Below are positions 9,773-17,781 of a stretch of DNA of 64,000 nucleotides, piece after piece (positions within the stretch are counted from its first letter, which is position 1; every line of letters begins with the position of its first letter). Position numbers and translations under genes: made by a program. The notes under the pieces are model-generated. The model saw only the letters and a list, made by a program, of their open reading frames with translations, was not told the origin of the DNA and did no database searches. This stretch comes from Candidatus Iainarchaeum sp. (lineage in GTDB: Archaea; Iainarchaeota; Iainarchaeia; Iainarchaeales; DTGL01), in NCBI GenBank assembly GCA_026413945.1, contig JAOAJX010000001.1, positions 64,001 through 128,000 on the forward strand, written 5' to 3'.

Positions 9773-10413
9773 TCCGATACCTTGCCTTCGGCATACTTAT
9801 TTTCAGTCGGGGCCTTAGCAAGCTTCTCTTTTAGCTCTGAGATGACATCTGTACTTTTCTGCTTCTTTTCCGATAGTGGTTGTTTTTGTTCTTTGCCCTT
9901 TTCTTGCTTCTGAGCATCTTTCTTCTGTGTCGATTTTTCCTCAATTGCTTTTTTTGCACCAAGTTCTTTTTGCTGCAAAGCAACCTTTATCTTTTCTTCC
10001 CAGTTCTTTTTTGTTTTTGAAGCAATTTTTGAAAGGTATTGCTGACCTTTTGGCGTTAGAATGCGGCCTTTCTGCACCTTCTTAACAAAGCCAAGTGTTT
10101 CCAATTGCTGTAAACCATGCCTTATTATTTTTCCGCCAGCACGCATAAACTTATGCTTTCTCCTGCCTCTATTCTTCTTACTACCATAATACGTGCGCAG
10201 TGCACCAACACCAAGAGTGCCTTCTTTAAGTAGTCTGTAAAGCATTGAAGCCAATCTTTTGTAATACCAATCTCTTTGCATTGGAACTCTTTCTTTCGAG
10301 GGTGCTGTTTTTACGAAAGGAGCAAAATTTGGCTGCTCAACCCTTAGGTTATTCTTTAAATCATCCGCTACTGCCTCTATAAGTTCATTTGCAGGCACAT
10401 CAAATGGGTTCAT
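9769..10413 (-). CDS. rps19e: 30S ribosomal protein S19e with charged C-terminal extension
   Basis: DVPANELI, FVKT...KER.P...DWYY.R.AS, YG.KKNRG, GKIIR..LQQLE.LGFV. Confidence 0.95.
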   Translation of the reverse strand: MNPFDVPANELIEAVADDLKNNLRVEQPNFAPFVKTAPSKERVPMQRDWYYKRLASMLYRLLKEGTLGVGALRTYYGSKKNRGRRKHKFMRAGGKIIRHGLQQLETLGFVKKVQKGRILTPKGQQYLSKIASKTKKNWEEKIKVALQQKELGAKKAIEEKSTQKKDAQKQEKGKEQKQPLSEKKQKSTDVISELKEKLAKAPTENKYAEGKVSE

Positions 10414-10421
10414 AAAATCAC

Positions 10422-10462
10422 GCTTCTTTCGAAGCCATTGCTCTACGCTTTAAGCGGAGCAA
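10422..10462 (-). promoter_or_regulatory. Two tandem hairpins in the 5' leader of the rps19e operon
   Basis: Minus strand TTGCTC-CGC-TTAAA-GCG-TA-GAGCAA then GCTTC-GAAA-GAAGC abutting the GTGAT RBS. Confidence 0.4.
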
Positions 10463-10510
10463 AAACAGGCCTCTTTTCTAAGTAAAATGCATGCAAATAT
10501 TTTTAACGCT

Positions 10511-11665
10511 TTACCTTTTTTCTTGCCTTACAAAAAACAAAAGCACAAATGAAATGAATGTTAGAGCCAATGAAATGCAGAATGGCGCCTCAATACCAAA
10601 AGAATCCCAAAGAAGGCCTGCAAAGGCAGATGCTGGCAAAGCACACAAACCAACAACCATTTGGAAAGTGCCCAAAGCGCTTGCCCTGTGCTGTTGTGGA
10701 GCCAGCTCAGAAACAAATGTTTTTTGCACTGGTTCGAGAGCGCCCTTATGAAGGCCGTAGAAGATAAAGGCAATCAAAATTGCCTCAATGCTTTTGAAAT
10801 AAATGAAGATAAAACACACGACGGCCCAAAAAACATACGAAACCATTATCAGTGGCTTCCGTCCTATTCTATCTGATAATTTACCTGCTGGCAATGAGAA
10901 TACTGATGCAATAAATGTGAATAGAAGGTAAAGAACTGGAACAAAGAAAATTTCAAAGCCAACGCTCTTAGAAAAAACTAATAAGAAAGAATAGCTAAAC
11001 GATCCAAATGCAAAGATGGCGCTCAAAAAGAGGAAAAGCTTAAAATTATTGGAAAGATCTTTAATCCTAAAGCCCTTGTAGATTCTTGTCTCTGCTTTTG
11101 TTTCCTTTATTATAAAGATAACAAGCAGTGCTGCCAAAAATGATGGTATTGATGCTAATATAAAAAGGTTCTTATAGCCAAGGATTGGGAAAAAAACCAA
11201 ACAAACTATAATGCCGAGAACAGCGCCAAGGTTATCCATTGTACGAAGCAATCCGAAATTTCTTCCACGATTTTCGTTGCTTGATACATCTGCAATCATT
11301 GCATCTCTCGGTGCACCTCTGATTTTGCCAGCCCTGTCAAGTATCCTAAATGGCACTAAGTGATGCCAAGCTGTTGAGAAGGCATAACCAACTCTTGAGA
11401 CAGCACCGAAAACATAGCCAGTCCAAATGAAAACCTTTCTGCGCCTTAGCTTGTCTGAAGCATATCCTGAAATTGCCTGTGAAATTGAAACCAAAGCTTC
11501 ACCTAAGCCATCTATAAAGCCCAAAATAGCCATATTTGCGCCCAAAACAGAGGTAACAAATATTGGCCATATTGGATAAATTATGTCAGAGCCAAGGTCG
11601 TTCAGAAAAGAAGCTAAGGCAAAGGTACGCACTGTTTTCTTTTCTTCTTTATTCAAAAGAGACAC
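10511..11665 (-). CDS. MFS transporter
   Basis: SFLNDLGSDIIYP, GYASDKLRRRK, DRAGKIRGAPRDAMIAD, LSDRIGRK; ~12 TM. Start set at GTG 11665 because the longer ORF overlaps a tRNA. Confidence 0.92.
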   Translation of the reverse strand: MSLLNKEEKKTVRTFALASFLNDLGSDIIYPIWPIFVTSVLGANMAILGFIDGLGEALVSISQAISGYASDKLRRRKVFIWTGYVFGAVSRVGYAFSTAWHHLVPFRILDRAGKIRGAPRDAMIADVSSNENRGRNFGLLRTMDNLGAVLGIIVCLVFFPILGYKNLFILASIPSFLAALLVIFIIKETKAETRIYKGFRIKDLSNNFKLFLFLSAIFAFGSFSYSFLLVFSKSVGFEIFFVPVLYLLFTFIASVFSLPAGKLSDRIGRKPLIMVSYVFWAVVCFIFIYFKSIEAILIAFIFYGLHKGALEPVQKTFVSELAPQQHRASALGTFQMVVGLCALPASAFAGLLWDSFGIEAPFCISLALTFISFVLLFFVRQEKR

Positions 11666-11683
11666 CGTAAAAATGCGCCAATA

Positions 11684-11755
11684 TGCGGCTGCCGGGATTT
11701 GAACCCGGGCCACCAGCTTGGCAAGCTGGTATCCTAACCACTAGACAACAGCCGC
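11684..11755 (-). tRNA. tRNA-Gly(GCC)
   Basis: Reverse complement GCGGCTGTTGTCTAGTGGTTAGGATACCAGCTT-GCC-AAGCTGGTGGCCCGGGTTCAAATCCCGGCAGCCGCA. Confidence 0.95.
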
Positions 11756-11803
11756 ACAGTAATAAATTTTCATAGAATTGTTTTTATAATGTTTTTATAA
11801 GTT

Positions 11804-11876
11804 TGGGCCTGGGCAGAATTGAACTGCCGACCTCCACCTTGTAAGGGTGGCGTCATAACCACTAGACCACAGGCCC
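11804..11876 (-). tRNA. tRNA-Val(TAC)
   Basis: Reverse complement GGGCCTGTGGTCTAGTGGTTATGACGCCACCCT-TAC-AAGGTGGAGGTCGGCAGTTCAATTCTGCCCAGGCCCA. Confidence 0.95.
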
Positions 11877-11923
11877 TCAGAAAAAATATTGTAGGTGCAA
11901 TTTAAAATTTGTGCTGAGAAGTT

Positions 11924-12664
11924 TTATTTTTTTGGCTTTTTATCTGCTTTAAAGCCAATTGAAATGTGTGTTCCGTCGCAAAATGGTTTGTTGCTAGAAG
12001 CACCACATCTGCAAAGCGTAACCCTGTTTCTTTTCTCATAATAGAAGCCTTTTGACGACTTTATGGGAATGCCGCCTTTTACCCAAATGGGGCCCGAGCA
12101 TTTAGCTTGTGGATCTTCAACAAGAGCAATGCCTTTTTTGTGCTTTGGCTCAATCTTACCTCCGTTTTTTTCGAGAGCAACAAGACGCCCTGAAGGGCAA
12201 TTGCAAGCGGATTCTATTGCAATTTTTCTCATTTTTTTGTCAGAGGATTTTTTAATTAAGTTCCATATGCCATTAGCTCTATGGCAAAACCTTGCTGAAG
12301 CGCAAAGCTCAGGCCAGTCGAGTAAGTCAAGCTCTGGGCCGGAGTATTTTTTAGCTTTCTCTATATAAGATGCGTTATCAGCTGTTTCTGTGCCATCAAA
12401 GTTTATAAGTATGTGAGTGCCATCGCAGTACGGCTTATTTTTTGATCCACCGCACCTACACAAAGCATAGGTTTTTTTGCTTTTAAAGGCCTCTGCTTTC
12501 AACCATTTCTGTGGCTCATTATCCGAACCTATTGCAATGATTTCCTTGCGCAAAGGCACGCGGCCCGAGACAATGTAAGGCCCATTTTCGGTTATATTTA
12601 TTTCAGCGAAAGTTCTTCCCTTTTGCATATTGGCTTTTTTAATATTTTTATTGGAAGAATCCAA
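11924..12664 (-). CDS. CDGSH iron-sulfur domain protein (two CDGSH domains around a ferredoxin-like domain)
   Basis: LCRCGGSKNKPYCDGTH and LCRCGASSNKPFCDGTH; central LCASARFC...CPSGRL. Confidence 0.92.
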   Translation of the reverse strand: MDSSNKNIKKANMQKGRTFAEINITENGPYIVSGRVPLRKEIIAIGSDNEPQKWLKAEAFKSKKTYALCRCGGSKNKPYCDGTHILINFDGTETADNASYIEKAKKYSGPELDLLDWPELCASARFCHRANGIWNLIKKSSDKKMRKIAIESACNCPSGRLVALEKNGGKIEPKHKKGIALVEDPQAKCSGPIWVKGGIPIKSSKGFYYEKRNRVTLCRCGASSNKPFCDGTHISIGFKADKKPKK

Positions 12665-12700
12665 AAAAACACCCGTATTAATAATTCATATTAAACTACA

Positions 12701-12737
12701 AAAAAGAAAAAAAGAGCGGGCAAAGCCCGCATTTTTT
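12701..12737 (-). terminator. Intrinsic-terminator-like hairpin after the 12764-13885 gene
   Basis: GCGGG-CAAAG-CCCGC (12716-12730) flanked by A-run and T-run, so a U-tract follows on either strand. Confidence 0.6.
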
Positions 12738-12763
12738 AGTTAAGTTTTCGTTCTTCGTTTGCT

Positions 12764-13885
12764 CTAGTCTGGTGCCAGATAGTATAGGAAATCTTCTACT
12801 ACGCTCTTGCTGCAGCCAAACTTCCTGTGGCCTTCCATTTTGCCGTAAAGCGCTGGGTTATATTTTTGCAGGATGTCGAGTATTTGAGTGCAGCTGCAAC
12901 CGTTTGTCATGTCAAGTGTAAACGCTGACTGTGCTGCAAAGAAGTTCGTCTTGCCTTTCACTGTTTTTGAAGACAATGTAGTGAAGTAGTCATCCCATGA
13001 ATAAGCATCTGTCCACATGAGCCTGTTTACACCTAAGTAGCCTGCAGTCCCTATGTATTTGCCGTTAATCTTCCATGGGTCTTTTTGCGTTATCTCGCAA
13101 TACCAATTGCACGCATGCTTGTCAACAGCGCCATCGCAGTCGTTATCCAAAGTATCACAGATCTCTTCGGCCCCGGGGTTTACATTTGATTTTGTATCAT
13201 CACAGTCTGTGTTGTCTTCAACATAGCCTTCTGAACATTCACCACAGAAATCTTTAGAATTGTATGGATCTCCAAAGCCATCTTCATCATTGTCGGCATA
13301 GCATGTTACTAAAGGCAATTCTTCATAGCTTATCTCTGCCTTGTAAATCAATCCTGTTGGGTTTGTCTGTGGAGTGCTTCCGGCCATAGCGTAGTTTCTG
13401 ACAATAACCTGCAATTTGTTTTTGCCAGGTTGCAATCCGGTTAAGGGGTAATCCCAGACAGTATTCCATTCTTGGTCATCAGTGAAAGGCCCATCAATTT
13501 CACCATCGTGGCCAATTAGTGCTCCATTCAAGTAAGCTTCTTCTGCGTTATCTGAAGTAATGCTAAGTTTGCCGGACAGGTTGATTGCACAAACGGGGAG
13601 TTCAAACTCTCTTTCAAATAATCTCCAGCTGTCGTTTATTGGGTCTTCTGTGTTATAAGCGCTTGAAATCCAGCTTGCATTTGGTATCGTTGGCCAAGAA
13701 GAATGCACCCATGTTAAAACTGCTGCTTTTGAAGTTACCCAATCTGAAGAATCAATTCCAGCATAGTGATCTATTGGGCCATAAACATTTGTGCTTGTGT
13801 CGCTGACTATTGTCATTGTGCCTGCCATTGTAGTTGCTGCTAACAAAAGCCCCACAAAAAGAACCCCAAATAGTTTTGCTTTCAT
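12764..13885 (-). CDS. Secreted protein with carbohydrate-binding-like beta-sandwich and MopE-related Cys/Asp metal-binding repeat
   Basis: Signal peptide; F.REF.LP...L.ITSDNAEEAYLNG; YADNDEDGFGDP...DCDD....VNPGAEEICDTLDNDCDG; AGGAGGT RBS. Confidence 0.75.
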   Translation of the reverse strand: MKAKLFGVLFVGLLLAATTMAGTMTIVSDTSTNVYGPIDHYAGIDSSDWVTSKAAVLTWVHSSWPTIPNASWISSAYNTEDPINDSWRLFEREFELPVCAINLSGKLSITSDNAEEAYLNGALIGHDGEIDGPFTDDQEWNTVWDYPLTGLQPGKNKLQVIVRNYAMAGSTPQTNPTGLIYKAEISYEELPLVTCYADNDEDGFGDPYNSKDFCGECSEGYVEDNTDCDDTKSNVNPGAEEICDTLDNDCDGAVDKHACNWYCEITQKDPWKINGKYIGTAGYLGVNRLMWTDAYSWDDYFTTLSSKTVKGKTNFFAAQSAFTLDMTNGCSCTQILDILQKYNPALYGKMEGHRKFGCSKSVVEDFLYYLAPD

Positions 13886-13917
13886 CTTTATACCTCCTTC
13901 ATTTATACCTTTTAAAT

Positions 13918-13942
13918 TAAATTGGGCAACAAACCCAATTTA
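13918..13942. promoter_or_regulatory. 9-bp inverted repeat (operator or hairpin) between prx and the secreted-protein gene
   Basis: TAAATTGGG-CAACAAA-CCCAATTTA. Confidence 0.35.
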
Positions 13943-14000
13943 GCTTTAACCTATGATAAGGTTAATATTCCCGATCTAATGCTTTTTTTGTTTCAGTTCC

Positions 14001-14756
14001 CTATTTTTTCTCCTTCTTGAAGCAAAGAAACCAATCAATGCAGTGCACATCTGCTTGCTTTTTCTCTGCTCTTTCCTTGGCTGCGCCGCATGATCCTGGT
14101 GCGGGAATAATGACATCTTCGCCTGGCTGCCAGTTTGCTGGCGTAGCAATTCCTTCCTTATCTGATTTTTGCAATGATAAAAGCAGGCGCTTTATTTCCT
14201 GCATATTCCTGCCTGCTGATAAGGGGTAATAAAGTATTGCCCTTATTTTTGCCTTGTCATCTATTATGAAAACAGCCCTTACGGCTTGTGTGCTTGAAGC
14301 GTTTGGCTGTATCATGCCAAATTTCTTTGCGACTTCCATCTTTATGTCCTCAATTACAGGAAACTTTACCTCAACATTTTTGCGCCCTTTATACTCAATC
14401 TTCTCCTTGATTGTTCTTAGCCAAGCGATGTGCGCATATATGCTGTCTATTGAAAGCCCAATGAGTTCCGTATTGAGTTTCTTAAAATCCTCGTGCATTG
14501 AAGCAAACTCTATGAATTCTGTTGTACATACAGGCGTAAAGTCAGCAGGGTGGCTGAATAGAATTACCCATTTGCCCTTGTAATCCTCTGGAAAGTTTAT
14601 TTCGCCCATTGTTGTTCTTGCCTTGAAGGAAGGCGCATCATCGCCTATTAAAGGCATCTTGTTGCAGGAGCATTCGTGCTCACTGCAGCATTTGCATTCG
14701 CAACAACATTTGCAGTGGCATTCACTGCATCCACATTTGCATTTTTGCTCTTCCAT
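14001..14756 (-). CDS. Peroxiredoxin (Prx6/archaeal type) with Cys-rich N-terminal extension
   Basis: FSHPADFTPVCTTEF, VRAVFIID, YYP..GRN..EI.R, ATPANW.PG, C.DWFLC; ATG 14756 after a GGGGG RBS. Confidence 0.92.
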   Translation of the reverse strand: MEEQKCKCGCSECHCKCCCECKCCSEHECSCNKMPLIGDDAPSFKARTTMGEINFPEDYKGKWVILFSHPADFTPVCTTEFIEFASMHEDFKKLNTELIGLSIDSIYAHIAWLRTIKEKIEYKGRKNVEVKFPVIEDIKMEVAKKFGMIQPNASSTQAVRAVFIIDDKAKIRAILYYPLSAGRNMQEIKRLLLSLQKSDKEGIATPANWQPGEDVIIPAPGSCGAAKERAEKKQADVHCIDWFLCFKKEKK

Positions 14757-14766
14757 AAAAACCCCC

Positions 14767-14916
14767 TTATTTATATTTTTTAAGTGCTTTTTCAATGCTA
14801 TATTCCTTTCTTTCAGAAAATTCCTGCCTTTTGCCATCGTTCCAATTTTGGACAGGCCTGTAATAGCCAACAACTCTTGAATAAACCTCTGTCCTTCTTC
14901 CGCATTTCTCATTCAT
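14767..14916 (-). CDS. Stand-alone NrdD C-terminal glycyl-radical-domain microprotein (49 aa; not in the ORF track)
   Basis: Manual translation MNEKCGRRTEVYSRVVGYYRPVQNWNDGKRQEFSERKEYSIEKALKKYK*; ATG overlaps the rubrerythrin TGA (ATGA); matches the NrdD tail SRV.GY.RP...WN.GK..EF..R. Confidence 0.85.
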   Translation of the reverse strand: MNEKCGRRTEVYSRVVGYYRPVQNWNDGKRQEFSERKEYSIEKALKKYK

Positions 14917-15440
14917 ATTGCGCCACGCTCTTCAGATAATTGCAAGTGATCGGTTTCAACCTCAACTAATGCCTCGAATATCTGCTTTACCCTTGGGTTT
15001 TTTGATTCTGAAGCTGCTCTGCTGTAAAACTCGATAGCTCTTGTTTCCCTTGCATGCGACTCCTTAAGGTTATCAAGATAATTCACTGAGCAAGAGTCAT
15101 TGCTTTGGGGTATTTCTTTGAGCTTTAATATCTTCTTCCATATGCTTGCGTGCTCTGCCTCAACTTTGCCCAAGGCCTTGAAAAGCTTTTTAGCTTCTGG
15201 ATCATTTGTTTTATCTGCAGCGCAGAAATAAAATGCAGAGTTGCTTACTTCAACTTGCAAAGCATATTCTGCATTTTTCTTGTCCTTTGCGTTCAGCTCA
15301 ACATCGAAGTTTGGCTTTGCGTCGCTGAATGCTTTTACATGCCTTCCACGAGCTCCGCAAAAAGGGCAGCATGTTGGCGGCGCATAGCCAATGTAAGGAT
15401 CTCCACAAATTTCACAAATCCAAAGCTTGGCGTTTGCCAA
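14913..15440 (-). CDS. Rubrerythrin-like protein (N-terminal rubredoxin-like domain plus ferritin-like di-iron domain)
   Basis: WICEICG...CPFCG, then E..FY, EAEH, E.RAIEFY, VETDH; TTG start after an AGGTGAT RBS. Confidence 0.88.
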   Translation of the reverse strand: MANAKLWICEICGDPYIGYAPPTCCPFCGARGRHVKAFSDAKPNFDVELNAKDKKNAEYALQVEVSNSAFYFCAADKTNDPEAKKLFKALGKVEAEHASIWKKILKLKEIPQSNDSCSVNYLDNLKESHARETRAIEFYSRAASESKNPRVKQIFEALVEVETDHLQLSEERGAI

Positions 15441-15444
15441 AAAA

Positions 15445-15831
15445 TCACCTCTTTTCAGAACATTTTTTGCAAAGGCCTTCAACACACATTATTACTGATT
15501 CTACCTTGAAGCCTCTCATATTTGGCACATCTGATAGCTTTGTACAGAGCTCTTTGTCATTATGGTCTATTATAGAACCGCAGCACCTACAAACGAAGTG
15601 AACATGGCTGCTTCTGTCGCAATCAAACCTATATTCATTATTTACTTTAAATCTTAATATTTTCCCATCATCCGCAAGCTTGTGAAGATTTCTATAGACT
15701 GTTGCTAAGGTTATGGACGGAATTTCCTTGCGGACATGTTCAAAAACCATTTCAGCATTTGGGTGGCTTCTAACGCTGCAAACATATTCCTTTATTTTTT
15801 GCATTTGAATTGTTTTTCTTACCTTCGCCAT
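15445..15831 (-). CDS. Fur/PerR family transcriptional repressor
   Basis: HPNAE..F..VR...PSITLATVYRNL, RFD...H.HFVC..CG, GLCKKC. Confidence 0.92.
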   Translation of the reverse strand: MAKVRKTIQMQKIKEYVCSVRSHPNAEMVFEHVRKEIPSITLATVYRNLHKLADDGKILRFKVNNEYRFDCDRSSHVHFVCRCCGSIIDHNDKELCTKLSDVPNMRGFKVESVIMCVEGLCKKCSEKR

Positions 15832-15842
15832 ATAAGCCCCTA

Positions 15843-15859
15843 TTGAAAACGATTATCAA
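15843..15859 (-). promoter_or_regulatory. Fur-box-like operator just upstream of the Fur/PerR gene, downstream of a TTTAAATA TATA box (~15873-15880)
   Basis: Minus strand TTGATAAT-C-GTTTTCAA versus the 7-1-7 Fur consensus TGATAAT-n-ATTATCA (2 mismatches). Confidence 0.6.
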
Positions 15860-15958
15860 ATAATATCCATTCTTATTTAAAACCTTTCTGTAGTGTGAAT
15901 CTCAAAAGGTTTAAATATACCTTAAGCCCTATTATCTAAATAAAGTAAAGGTGTTATT

Positions 15959-16399
15959 ATGCTGAAAAAAAGGGTTTACTATATAAGCGAAAAAAATTTG
16001 CATCTTGTGCGCCTAATAGGCTCATTCATATTTTTTGGTGCAATAATAATGATTCTTTATTCTGCGGCAATGATGTTCGAAGATTGGGATGCGATTAGAG
16101 AATATGAGAAATGTTCAGCAAGCGAATGCAAAGAGATTCTTTACAAAACAACAGGAGTTTACCCAAGCGGCTTTGCTCTCAACACAAAGCAGAAATTCAT
16201 GATAATGGTAAAGCCAATTGCAATGCTCTTCTTCTGGGCCATTGTTTTCTTTTTAGGCCTTTTGCTTTATGGTTGCAGAAGAATTAGCATTGCATTCTAT
16301 GAGGCTGAGAATGCTGAACATTTGCTGCACACAACACTAAAGCGTGGCGAAACGAAAGATGAGAAAGAGGTTGAAAAGAAAAAAAGTAAAGCACAATAG
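15959..16399 (+). CDS. Hypothetical membrane protein (2 TM)
   Basis: Two hydrophobic helices with a Cys pair in the loop; GGTG RBS. Confidence 0.7.
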   Translation: MLKKRVYYISEKNLHLVRLIGSFIFFGAIIMILYSAAMMFEDWDAIREYEKCSASECKEILYKTTGVYPSGFALNTKQKFMIMVKPIAMLFFWAIVFFLGLLLYGCRRISIAFYEAENAEHLLHTTLKRGETKDEKEVEKKKSKAQ

Positions 16400-16423
16400 C
16401 TTATTGCGGTTATTGATTTTCTT

Positions 16424-17614
16424 TTACTGAACTTCTGTTAGTTTTAATTTCTTCGGCTTTGCATCGAGTTTTCCTATCTTCGCACCAACTATTTCCGTTA
16501 CGCCTGCTTCTTCTGCTATATCAACTAAGCGTTTAGTTATTATGCCGTCCAACACAATAACTTTCGCACCTTTTGTTTCGTTGATCGTCTTAAGCAAATC
16601 CCTCACAGCTACCGTTTTAAGCTCAGTCAGATTATCACCAAATATTTTTGCTTTAAGTGTGCCTCTTAGTTCGGCCATGACAGCAGCATAAGGGCTTTGG
16701 GTTTCCAATGCCGGTGGTGCGTTCATTTCTTTTGTTATTGCACTCAATTCTGCAGCAATATTTTCCGGAATATCTTCAGCTAGTTGTGGGGCAAGCTTAA
16801 TCTCGCTAGAGGGAACTTTCTTGCGTAATGCCATAACTATCTCTTTGTTTGTCAGTTCTTCAACTTCTTTACCTTCTGGGGCCCTTGCAACAAAGTCGAT
16901 CTTTGCTAGCTGCATTAGTTTCCTGAGTATGAGTTCTCCGCCACGGTCGCCATCAACAAAAGCAACTATTTTTTTACGTTTTGAAAGCTCCGCTATTGTG
17001 GGGGATATCTTTGAGCCATCCATGCCTATTACGTTTCTTATGTTGTTTTTGAGCAGTGTAAGTACGTCAGCCCTACCTTCAACAACAATAACATGATCAG
17101 AAGACTCTATGGCATCTCCCGCTGGCAGTTTGTCGGGCCCGTATTCTGCTAAAGAGGATACCCTTAAGCGTTCCTTTACTGTTTTTATAAGCTCCTCCGT
17201 CTCTGGAATTTGCTCGTGCATTGCTTTGTCTAAAAGCTCCTGTGCTCTTGATACTATTTGCTCCCTTTTCCAAGTTCGTTTGTCCTTTATATTCACAACT
17301 TTGAATGTCGCATTACATGGACCAACTTTGTCAACAGTCTCTATAGTTGCGCCTATAATGCATGTTTCCACTATGTCCAAAGAACTTGGTACAACAAGAT
17401 TACCTGTTGTTATGCCATTTTGCACGTTTGCAATTATTTCTATTCTACCAATCTTACCATTTTTTTGAAGTTCTCTTAAGTCTAAGTCTTCTCCGAGGAG
17501 CCCTTCGCTTTGGCCAAATATTGCTCCAACAACATCGTGCTTATCAACTACGCCCTCAATCTTGAATACGGCGCTTATTTCATACTTTGTGGAGTTAATA
17601 TATGTTTTTGCCAT
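16424..17614 (-). CDS. dnaG: Archaeal DnaG (primase-like, exosome-associated)
   Basis: GVVDKHDVVGAIFGQSEGLLG..LDLRELQK.GKIGRI; TOPRIM VVEGRADV, DGDRGG. Confidence 0.95.
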   Translation of the reverse strand: MAKTYINSTKYEISAVFKIEGVVDKHDVVGAIFGQSEGLLGEDLDLRELQKNGKIGRIEIIANVQNGITTGNLVVPSSLDIVETCIIGATIETVDKVGPCNATFKVVNIKDKRTWKREQIVSRAQELLDKAMHEQIPETEELIKTVKERLRVSSLAEYGPDKLPAGDAIESSDHVIVVEGRADVLTLLKNNIRNVIGMDGSKISPTIAELSKRKKIVAFVDGDRGGELILRKLMQLAKIDFVARAPEGKEVEELTNKEIVMALRKKVPSSEIKLAPQLAEDIPENIAAELSAITKEMNAPPALETQSPYAAVMAELRGTLKAKIFGDNLTELKTVAVRDLLKTINETKGAKVIVLDGIITKRLVDIAEEAGVTEIVGAKIGKLDAKPKKLKLTEVQ

Positions 17615-17781
17615 TAATTTCACCTCTTTTTTGCTTTTTAGAATTAGGCAATCGAAATACGCTAAAAACTCAGATTATTGGATAAAAATGAATATGACAT
17701 GCTAATGATTGCCTTTTTCTTATAAATACCTTCCCTAAAAGGGTTTTTAAGGTTGACTTTGGCGTTGAAATTAAAAATAAA

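Noticed and set aside
14757-14912. Long N-terminal extension of the peroxiredoxin in the ORF track (start 14912)
   Set aside because: The interval is better explained by the NrdD-tail ORF in another frame, and ATG 14756 has its own RBS
17646-17714. 8-bp inverted repeat AGGCAATC/GATTGCCT upstream of dnaG
   Set aside because: Short and widely spaced, plausible by chance
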